NCBI GenBank assembly: GCA_050250895.1
Contig: JBFWNU010000007.1
Span: 192,001-256,000 of the forward strand
Length of the DNA stretch: 64,000 nucleotides
From: Vulcanimicrobiota bacterium
GTDB lineage: Bacteria; Vulcanimicrobiota; Xenobia; Xenobiales; JADMJV01
Reading direction: 5' to 3'
Part shown: in pieces, positions 18,467-26,122 of the stretch
Layout of the letters: every line of letters starts with the position of its first letter
How positions within the stretch are numbered: the stretch's first letter is position 1
Notes under the pieces: model-generated
Seen by the model: the letters and a program-made list of their open reading frames with translations, nothing else
Database searches by the model: none
Told to the model about the DNA's origin: nothing
Program-made: the position numbers and the translations under genes

Positions 18467-20385
18467 GCGTGATCCCAGAGCTTTTCGTTGGTGTAGTGGC
18501 GGGCCGTGGCCGCGCCCCACTGCTCGATGCTCGGCATGTTGGGCGTCTGGCCCAGTTCGATTCCGTCGCGAACCTGCTTGTATTCGCTGTAGATGCTGTA
18601 GACATCGCGAATCCAGGGGCTCAGGAAGGTCAACATACCGGCCGTGGCCGCGAAAGGCTTGAGTTCGGGCACGATGTAGCCGAGGTTGGCCACCGCTTTG
18701 GTGCCGGCGCGGGCCAGGTCGAATCCACTGTTGACCACGGCGTCGCTGTCGTGCAGCACGGTGGCGGCGTGATACATCGCCTGTCCGGCCTGGATGGCGT
18801 CGTATCCCGAGCCGGCCACACCCGCATAGACGGCAGCCGTGGGACCGAGGAACAGGAAGCCTGACGGCTCGGCGCCGCGCCAGGCGTTGACGGCATTGAG
18901 CCAGCCGGCGAACGAGGCGAAACCGAGGGCGCCGGTGACTTTGCCTTTGTGCTGGTTGACGTTGGCGTGAATCTTGTCGAGGCTGCCTTCGCTCAGGCCG
19001 ACCTTCTTGAGGGCGTTGTTCGACCAGCTGTCCTTACCAGCCCTGGCCAGGACCTCGTCCCAGGTCGTATCTTTGGCGAAGGTCGTCTTGTCGTAGCCAG
19101 CCTGGTGGTCAAAATCATCGATGCTGGTGCCTTCCGGGCGGAAGAAGCCGTAGTGAGTCGGGGCGAACACCGACATCCCGTTGGCCTCGGCCACATACTT
19201 GCCGCTGGCGGCGTCGCCCACCAGGGCGCCATCGATGGCATCCATGGCCGTTTGGGCGGCAGTTTTTACGGCTTGATCGGTGATCTCTTCATCCTTTAGC
19301 ACCAGCTTGGCGAAGTGGATCGCGTCACGCGAGTTCTGGTAGGCCTGATTGACGGAGGTGCCCTGGAAGTCCTGGGTCTGGTCGAGCAGGTCGTTGAGCT
19401 TGCCCGAGTCGATGTTGGCGTTGAGTAGCGCGCGGCCGAGGCCGTCCCAAGCATCCTTCACGGTGCCCATCTTGTCGAGGTCGATGGCCGAGATGGTGGA
19501 AGAACCGGCGCCGATCGCGCCACCCATCGAGTTCATGAGGGTCCAGTAACGCACCATGGTGAGGGCGTCCTGGCCTTCTTCCTCGTTGGCGTTCTTGAGC
19601 TCGTTGGCCACCTGGGCGATGGGCATGCCGGCCCCCGCCTGAATGCCCTGAGAGCCGACCAGGTATTTGACCTTGTCTTTGAGTTCGTAAGCGATCTCCA
19701 TGGTGTTGGTGGCCGAGCCGTTGAGGGTCAGCACGTCGATCTTCTTGCCGGTCTCGGCCTGGGCGTTGGCAAAAGCCTTACCCAGGTCTTCGACACTCAT
19801 CTTCGAGTCGTGGAGCATGTCGTCCATCATTCCCGAGATGCCCTCGGAGGGACCCATCATCACCACCATGTAGTGCTTGGCGGGATAGTTCTTGACGCCC
19901 CACTTGAGGAATTCTTCCAGCGAGTCGGCCGAACCCATATCCACATCGCCCATGTCTTGCAGCACGGGAGACTCGATCTTCTTGGTGCCGCCCGGCATCC
20001 AGCCGGTCAGCACGTCGCCGATGATGACGCCCGGGGTCAGCTTCTTGCCGTTGTGCTCGATCTTGTAGCGGCGAACGCCGCTCCAGTCCTTGGACCACTT
20101 GTCGAACATCCCCTTGGGCCGGGCCACCTGGGCCACGAAGTCCATTTTGTCGTCGGAGCCGACATACTCGAGCTGGCGCATGTTCGACATGGCCGTGCCG
20201 CTGAGCATGTTGTTGCCGTTGAGATAGAGCAGAACCGTCCACTCCTTCTCTTCGCCATTCTGCTGCCCGATACTGGCCTGATCGGCCGGAGCGGCCGCAG
20301 CCTGCTCGGCTTCGGCCTTTCCTTCGGCGGCAACCCGGGTGGGTGCGCTGGCTACGTTGTTGGCAACAAGACTCTGGATTCTCAT
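18463..20385 (-). CDS. Clostripain (C11)-like protein lacking catalytic His/Cys, with a hydrophobic C-terminal domain
   Basis: KEWTVLLYLNGNN, VDMGS..L..FLKWG..NYPAKHY and EIAYEL..YLVGSQ form the C11 scaffold. The HG and DAC motifs are replaced by MMGPSEG and LNGSA. RBS AGGAGG. Confidence 0.8.
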   Translation of the reverse strand: MRIQSLVANNVASAPTRVAAEGKAEAEQAAAAPADQASIGQQNGEEKEWTVLLYLNGNNMLSGTAMSNMRQLEYVGSDDKMDFVAQVARPKGMFDKWSKDWSGVRRYKIEHNGKKLTPGVIIGDVLTGWMPGGTKKIESPVLQDMGDVDMGSADSLEEFLKWGVKNYPAKHYMVVMMGPSEGISGMMDDMLHDSKMSVEDLGKAFANAQAETGKKIDVLTLNGSATNTMEIAYELKDKVKYLVGSQGIQAGAGMPIAQVANELKNANEEEGQDALTMVRYWTLMNSMGGAIGAGSSTISAIDLDKMGTVKDAWDGLGRALLNANIDSGKLNDLLDQTQDFQGTSVNQAYQNSRDAIHFAKLVLKDEEITDQAVKTAAQTAMDAIDGALVGDAASGKYVAEANGMSVFAPTHYGFFRPEGTSIDDFDHQAGYDKTTFAKDTTWDEVLARAGKDSWSNNALKKVGLSEGSLDKIHANVNQHKGKVTGALGFASFAGWLNAVNAWRGAEPSGFLFLGPTAAVYAGVAGSGYDAIQAGQAMYHAATVLHDSDAVVNSGFDLARAGTKAVANLGYIVPELKPFAATAGMLTFLSPWIRDVYSIYSEYKQVRDGIELGQTPNMPSIEQWGAATARHYTNEKLWDHA

Positions 20386-20581
20386 ATCCGGCCTCCTACA
20401 AAGACTGGAGTCATCATAGGAATGGCCCCTCCAGGCGTGGTTGCCGAGATGTTAACGGCTGCCAATCAGCGCTGACTGGCGCTCTGGTGGTTTGTTAACA
20501 TGCTCGTAGCCACTCGCTCGTACCCTCCCGTGCTAGTTTTTGACCGTGCCCAGGCACGACACACTTGGAGGGATGCAACCC

Positions 20582-21745
20582 ATGACCGTCAACAGTATCG
20601 CCCAGTTCGCTCCTAGAGCCTACACCGCGGCCAGCCGACCTCAAACCGAGGCCGCCCCGACCGCCGCGCTTCCTCAAGAGAAGTATGAAGTAGTGGCTCA
20701 GAGCGTTTCACTGGTGACCCCCATGGAACTCACCGACATGGCCTTCAAACTTCCCAGCCCGGCCACGCGCATCGACGCCGTCAAGGAAGTGCTGACCGTG
20801 CAGGACGCCTGGGATATGGGTATCACTGGCAAGGGCGTGGGCGTGGCCGTCATCGACACCGGCGTCTATCCGCACCCTGACCTGGGCGACCGCCTGGTTG
20901 CTTTCAAGGACTATGTCAATGGGCGCGACGGCGTCGAGAACGCCTATGACGACAACGGCCACGGCAGCCACTGCGCCGGGCTCGTTGGCGGCGACGGCAG
21001 CAAAGCCAACGGCCGCTTCAAAGGCCCGGCGTTCGAATCCGACATCATCGGCATCAAGGTGCTCGACGGGGTGGGCGGCGGCCAGATGTCCAACGTCGTC
21101 AAAGGCATCCAGTGGGCCATCAAGCACAAGGACGAATACAACATTCGCGTCATGAGTCTTTCACTGGGCGCCGGTTCGAACCTCAAGGAAGACGATGACA
21201 TCGTGGCCCAGGCCATCGAGGCCGCCCTGGCCGCCGACATCGTCCCCGTGGTAGCGGCCGGCAACTCGGGTCCGTCGAAGTTCACCATCGGCACGCCGGG
21301 CATCTCCTCGGCGGCCCTCACCGTGGGCGCTTACGACGACAAGAACACGGCCGACCACGCCGACGACACGATGGCCTTCTTCTCGAGCCGAGGACCGACC
21401 ACCCGCGACAAGAACGTCAAGCCCGACATCGCCGCCCCCGGCGTGCAAATGGTCTCGCACCGCTCCCCCGGTTCGTCCATCGACCACGCCAACGTGACCA
21501 AGTTGGGCGCTTACTACGTGCTGCTTTCGGGCACCTCGATGGCCACTCCGGTCACGGCCGGCGTGGTGGCTCAGGTTCGTCAGGCCAACCCTGACCTCAC
21601 TGCGCGCCAGGTGATGGATCTCCTCAAAGAGACCGCCGACCCGATGGCCGACACCAAGGCCATCCTGGCCGGTCACGGCCTGGTCGACCCCGCCGCCGCG
21701 GTGCGCAAAGCTCTGGCTCTCAAAGAGCAAAAGCCCGCCGCCTAG
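20582..21745 (+). CDS. S8 (subtilisin-like) serine peptidase
   Basis: Catalytic triad VIDTG, HGSHCAG and GTSMATP, oxyanion motif AAGN, and KPDIAAPG. RBS GGAGGG before ATG 20582. Confidence 0.93.
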   Translation: MTVNSIAQFAPRAYTAASRPQTEAAPTAALPQEKYEVVAQSVSLVTPMELTDMAFKLPSPATRIDAVKEVLTVQDAWDMGITGKGVGVAVIDTGVYPHPDLGDRLVAFKDYVNGRDGVENAYDDNGHGSHCAGLVGGDGSKANGRFKGPAFESDIIGIKVLDGVGGGQMSNVVKGIQWAIKHKDEYNIRVMSLSLGAGSNLKEDDDIVAQAIEAALAADIVPVVAAGNSGPSKFTIGTPGISSAALTVGAYDDKNTADHADDTMAFFSSRGPTTRDKNVKPDIAAPGVQMVSHRSPGSSIDHANVTKLGAYYVLLSGTSMATPVTAGVVAQVRQANPDLTARQVMDLLKETADPMADTKAILAGHGLVDPAAAVRKALALKEQKPAA

Positions 21746-21764
21746 AGGGCGCCGGATTTCACGA

Positions 21765-21798
21765 GGGAGACCACGAGTGATCGTGGTCTCTTTGCTTT
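21765..21798 (+). terminator. Rho-independent terminator
   Basis: GAGACCACGA-GTGA-TCGTGGTCTC followed by TTTGCTTT, 20 bp after the subtilase stop. Confidence 0.75.
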
Positions 21799-21940
21799 GC
21801 GTCTGGCTTGGGGGCGCTCGAGGTGTTCAACGCCGAGGCGCCGAGACGCAGAGGGGAGCGCGTTCTTGCGATGTTAGGGTTAGGTTCGTGGGACTCGGGC
21901 AGGCCCTGGGCAAGCCAGCTTTTTGCCGGCGGCGGCGAGT

Positions 21941-22022
21941 TGTGCGCCGCACAGTGACGATTTGGGAGTGGACGGCGCAAGTGTGCGCCGCACAGTGGGC
22001 CTGGTGGTGTGTGCGGCGCACA
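21941..22022. repeat. Three copies of the 13-bp palindrome TGTGCG(C/G)CGCACA
   Basis: Copies at 21941, 21982 and 22010. Confidence 0.7.
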
Positions 22023-22064
22023 CTGGGCTGACCCGGCCACGTCGAAACGCCGGTCCTTTCCAGG

Positions 22065-22775
22065 CAAGCCCGCGGTACGGCGCCATCAGGTGCCGAATTC
22101 GGCGCTACCAGGTGCCGTACTCCGCCAGGCCCGGCCAAGCCCGCGGTACGGCGCTACCAGGTGCCGTACTCGGCCCTACCACGTGCCATACTCCGCCCGG
22201 CCCGGCCAAGCCCACGGTACGGCGCCACCTGGTGCCGAATTCGGCGCTACCACGTGCCGTACTCCGCCAGGCTGGCCAAGCTCCCGGTACGGCGCCACCT
22301 GGTGCCGAATTCCGCCCGGCCCGCCAAGCTCCCGGTACGGCGCCACCTGGTGCCGAATTCCGCCCGGCCCGCCAAGCTCCCGGTACGGCGCCACTTGGTG
22401 CCGAATTCCGCCTGGCCCGGCCAAGCCCACGGTACGGCGCCACCTGGTGCCGAATTCGGGGCTACCACGTGCCGTACTCCGCCCGGCCCGGCCAAGCTCC
22501 CGGTACGGCGCCACCTGATGCCGAATTCGGCGCTACCAGGTGCCGTACTCCGCCTGGGCCGGCCAAGCTCCCGGTACGGCGCCACCTGTGCCGAATTCGG
22601 CGCTACCAGGTGCCGAATTCCGCCAGGCTGGCCAAGCTCCCGGTACGGCGCCACCTGGTGCCGAATTCGGCGCTACCAGGTGCCGAATTCCGCCCGGCCC
22701 GCCAGGCTCCCGGTACGGCGCCACCTGGTGCCGAATTCGGCGCCACCTGGTGCCGTACTCCGCCTGGCCCGCCCC
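22065..22775. repeat. Modular tandem array of REP-like palindromes (11 units of 48-71 bp)
   Basis: Units start at 22065, 22136, 22207, 22277, 22325, 22373, 22422, 22493, 22564, 22633 and 22703. Each is CAAGCtcCCGGTA + 1-2 x CGGCGC(C/T)ACC(T/A)GGTGCCG(AATT/TACT) + CCGCCnGGC..GC. Confidence 0.93.
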
Positions 22776-22824
22776 CGTTCGCAGTCGGCGCCGAACAGCC
22801 AGGCACTCCCCACGCCCAGGCTCT

Positions 22825-23760
22825 TCAGCGATCAGCGGCTTCCCCATGCGGCGCCCACCCAGCCGGGGCCACCTCGATGGGATCGCCGGCCTCACGCTCG
22901 CTGCCGGCCCCCAGGACCGACAGGGCCACCAGGGCCAGCCCGACGACCTGGCCGTTGGCCAATCGTTCGCCCAAGAAAAGATACGCGCCGATGGAGGTGG
23001 TGGCTACCGTGGCCAGGTTGAGCACGCTGCCGCGGGCGGCGGTGTTGAGTTTGTAGCCCTCGGTCATCAGGATCTGGGCGATGCAGCCAAAGAGGCCGGC
23101 CAGGGCCAGTAACGGCCAGGCCGCATCAGGGATGCTGGCCAGGCCCCAGGGGGCCGAGCCCAGCGTGGTGACCAGCGAGAACGAGAAGACGATGACGGAG
23201 GTCGAGACCTGACCGCTCAGTCCTCGCACGGCCACATAAGCTGCTCCCGCGCAGAGACCGGCCAACAAACCGGCCACCACGCCGAGCGGGTCAAGAGCTA
23301 CGGGAGCCACGCCGCTGACCAATCCGACTCCGGCGAACCCGCACACAAACGAAGCGAAAAGGCGCCAGCTTCCACCTTCGCCGAGAAAGAGCCAGGCCAG
23401 CAGAGCCGCCCAGATAGGGGAGGTATAGGTCAAGATCACGGCCACGGACAGATCCACCCGGTCGATGGCCAGGAAGTAGAGCACCATAGCCGACCCTCCC
23501 AGCAATCCGCGCAGACCCAGCGTGGTCAGGCGGGGTCGAATGCTGGGCCAATCGCGGCGCAACTCGGGCACCACCCAGGGCAACAGGGCCAGGGCCGGAA
23601 TCAAGCTGCGCCAGAAGACCACCTGACCCAGTTGCACTCCTGGCATTCCCGAGGCTCGCTTGATGAAAAGGGCCATCGTCCCGAAGAAGAACGACGACCA
23701 CAGCAGGGCTGCGCTGGGGTGTGTCAGCAAAGGACTTTTCTTTAGTGGGGGGAACTGCAC
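22825..23760 (-). CDS. EamA/DMT-family transporter (start uncertain)
   Basis: About 10 TM helices with the duplicated EamA signature (YTSPIWAALLAWLFLGE ... AYLFLGE). Confidence 0.88.
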   Translation of the reverse strand: MQFPPLKKSPLLTHPSAALLWSSFFFGTMALFIKRASGMPGVQLGQVVFWRSLIPALALLPWVVPELRRDWPSIRPRLTTLGLRGLLGGSAMVLYFLAIDRVDLSVAVILTYTSPIWAALLAWLFLGEGGSWRLFASFVCGFAGVGLVSGVAPVALDPLGVVAGLLAGLCAGAAYVAVRGLSGQVSTSVIVFSFSLVTTLGSAPWGLASIPDAAWPLLALAGLFGCIAQILMTEGYKLNTAARGSVLNLATVATTSIGAYLFLGERLANGQVVGLALVALSVLGAGSEREAGDPIEVAPAGWAPHGEAADR

Positions 23761-23792
23761 AGCAACTTTTTTATCCAGACAAGGCACTCTCG

Positions 23793-25841
23793 ATGCGGCT
23801 ATTACTTGCTCTCTTCATTTTCGGCGTGGCAGCTTTCTTCTTCTTGAAGAAGGCCCATAAGCTCTACCAATACCTGAAGGCGGCCAAACCCGAGGATCGA
23901 TTCGACAATCCGGGTGAGCGACTCAAGGATGTGCTGGTCTATGCCATCGGTCAAAAGCGACTGCTCAATCGCAAATACGGCGGCCTCTTGCACGTGATGA
24001 TCTTCTGGGGATTCTGCGTTCTCTCCATTGCCAATTTTACCCTGATCGTTCGCGGCTTTGCCGGGCCGGATTTCAATCTGCCCCTGCTGGGCGTCCATGA
24101 GCCGCTGGGTGGCATCTATAACTTCATCAAAGAGATTTTCATCTGTCTGGTGATTTTGGGCGTGTGCATGGCCTTCTTTCGCCGTTTGTTGCTGCAGCCG
24201 GCTTTCCCCGAGCCGTCCATGGACGCCCTGTTCATCCTGTCGATGATCTTTAGTCTGATGGTGGTCGAACTCGTCTGGGGTGGCTGCGAGGTGGCCAAGA
24301 TCCTGGCCGAGAACGTCGGAACCGAAAGCACCATGCGGTACGCGCCGGTGACGACTTTCCTGGGGGCCAGTCTGTACAACGGCCTGGGGCCGGGCAATCC
24401 GCGTCTGGACGGGCTGCAAGAGGTGGCCTGGTGGATCAACTACGCCCTGGTGTTGGGCTTTGGCGCGTATCTGCCTTACTCAAAGCATCTTCACGTCATC
24501 ACTGGCATTCCCAACGTCTACTTCCAGAAGAAGCGTCCTTACGGCGAGCTGCGCAAGCTCGACTTCTCGGACGAGGCGGCCGAGGACTACGGCGCCTCGA
24601 CCCTCAAGGACTTCACCTGGAAGAACTTCTTCGACTGGTATTCGTGCACGGAATGCGGCCGCTGTACCTCGGTCTGTCCGGCCTATGCCAGCGGTAAGCC
24701 GCTGCATCCCAAGAAAATCTCTGAAATGCTGCGGGAAGAACTGGTCGACCATGGGGGCGGTAACCTCTTGGTCAAGTTGGCTGAAAAGACGGCCAGCGAG
24801 AACGGTCAGGCCGAGGGTGAGGAGCCCGAGTTTCGGCACCTGCAAGATAACCTGTCAGCAGTGTCTGAAGAGGCGCTCTTTGCCTGCACCACCTGTCGCG
24901 CCTGCGAGGATGCCTGTCCGGTTTTCATCGAGTATGTCCAAGAGATCGTCGACATGCGACGCTATCTGGTGCAGGCCGAGAATCGGTTTCCTGAAGAGGT
25001 GGCCCGCGCTTTCAAGAACATGGAGAACAACTCCAACCCCTGGGGGATCGGCTTTGCCACCCGAGCCGACTGGGCTCAAGAGTTGGGCGTCAAGGTCATG
25101 GCCGAAGATCCGGGCCCGATCGATGTCCTCTATTGGGTAGGGTGTGCCGGCTCCTTTGACGAGCGCAACAAGAAGGTGTCCGAGGCGATGGTCAAGATCA
25201 TGACCGCCGCCGGGGTCAAGTTCGCCATCCTGGGCCAGGAGGAGGGTTGCACCGGCGACCCGGCTCGCCGGATCGGTAACGAGTATCTCTATCAGATGTT
25301 GGCCGAGCAGAACGTGACCGCCATGAACGGCTACGGTGTCAAAAAGGTGGTGACCACCTGTCCCCATTGCTTCAACACCATCAAGAACGAGTACCCGCAG
25401 TTCGGGGGCGATTATGAGGTGCTTCACCATTCGGAGTTCATCGCTCAGTTACTCACCAAAGGCACCATCAAGGTCAAGAAGCAGGATAGTCTTGACGTTA
25501 CCTACCACGATTCTTGCTATCTCGGGCGCTACAACGAGATCTACGACGAGCCTCGCAAGGCCCTCGAAGCGGTTGGTTTCAAGCTGCAAGAGATGGAACT
25601 CTCGCGCAACCGCGGCCGTTGCTGCGGAGCGGGCGGCGGTCGCATGTGGATGGAAGAGCACGGGACCAAAGTCAACGACATGCGCCTGGATGACGCTCTG
25701 ACCGTCAATCCCAAGATGATCGCCTCGGCGTGTCCGTTCTGTTTGACCATGCTCAGCGATGCCGTCAGCAGCAAGGACATGACCGACCAGTTGGAGACCC
25801 GCGACATCGCCGAAGTTGTGGCCGACGCCCTGGTTTCTTGA
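23793..25841 (+). CDS. Membrane-bound Fe-S oxidoreductase (FadF/HdrD-like: TM domain, 2x4Fe-4S, 2 CCG domains)
   Basis: CTECGRC..VCP, CTTCRAC..ACP, GC.GD/TCPHC, YHDSCYLGR..CCGAGGG..ACPFC and a NarI-like TM N-terminus. Confidence 0.9.
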   Translation: MRLLLALFIFGVAAFFFLKKAHKLYQYLKAAKPEDRFDNPGERLKDVLVYAIGQKRLLNRKYGGLLHVMIFWGFCVLSIANFTLIVRGFAGPDFNLPLLGVHEPLGGIYNFIKEIFICLVILGVCMAFFRRLLLQPAFPEPSMDALFILSMIFSLMVVELVWGGCEVAKILAENVGTESTMRYAPVTTFLGASLYNGLGPGNPRLDGLQEVAWWINYALVLGFGAYLPYSKHLHVITGIPNVYFQKKRPYGELRKLDFSDEAAEDYGASTLKDFTWKNFFDWYSCTECGRCTSVCPAYASGKPLHPKKISEMLREELVDHGGGNLLVKLAEKTASENGQAEGEEPEFRHLQDNLSAVSEEALFACTTCRACEDACPVFIEYVQEIVDMRRYLVQAENRFPEEVARAFKNMENNSNPWGIGFATRADWAQELGVKVMAEDPGPIDVLYWVGCAGSFDERNKKVSEAMVKIMTAAGVKFAILGQEEGCTGDPARRIGNEYLYQMLAEQNVTAMNGYGVKKVVTTCPHCFNTIKNEYPQFGGDYEVLHHSEFIAQLLTKGTIKVKKQDSLDVTYHDSCYLGRYNEIYDEPRKALEAVGFKLQEMELSRNRGRCCGAGGGRMWMEEHGTKVNDMRLDDALTVNPKMIASACPFCLTMLSDAVSSKDMTDQLETRDIAEVVADALVS

Positions 25842-26122
25842 GAATTTCTCTCGAAACTTTCCGCCCCGCGTGAGCTAGTTTCACGCTGATCTCGAGTGCT
25901 GGTAAGCCTTTGCGCACAAGGCTCGAACACACTTTTGGGGGGCGGAGTCGAGGTTTCGGCCGGTTCCCCTGCTGGTATAAGTTACCAGATCGGATGACCC
26001 GAAGGGATAGTGCTGTTGAGCGCAGAATTTGGGTTGCCCGACGCGGGGGGGATTGCGACCGACCAACGGTCTCACAAATATTCGACGGTGTGATTCACCT
26101 TCACACATAGAGCGAGGAGTGC

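Noticed and set aside
22065-22775. CRISPR array
   Set aside because: The inter-repeat sequences are themselves repeated (no unique spacers), the period switches between ~48 and ~71 bp, and no cas genes are in the window.
21759-23112. Overlapping ORFs across the repeat array (e.g. 21923..23056, 22161..23021)
   Set aside because: The GC-rich repeat lacks stops in most frames. Unit lengths are mostly not multiples of 3, so the same peptides cycle through all frames. There is no RBS and the ORFs overlap the EamA gene.
26088-26106. CRP/FNR site upstream of the polA-like gene (TGTGA...TCACA)
   Set aside because: The spacer is 7 nt rather than 6. It is better explained as a small leader hairpin.
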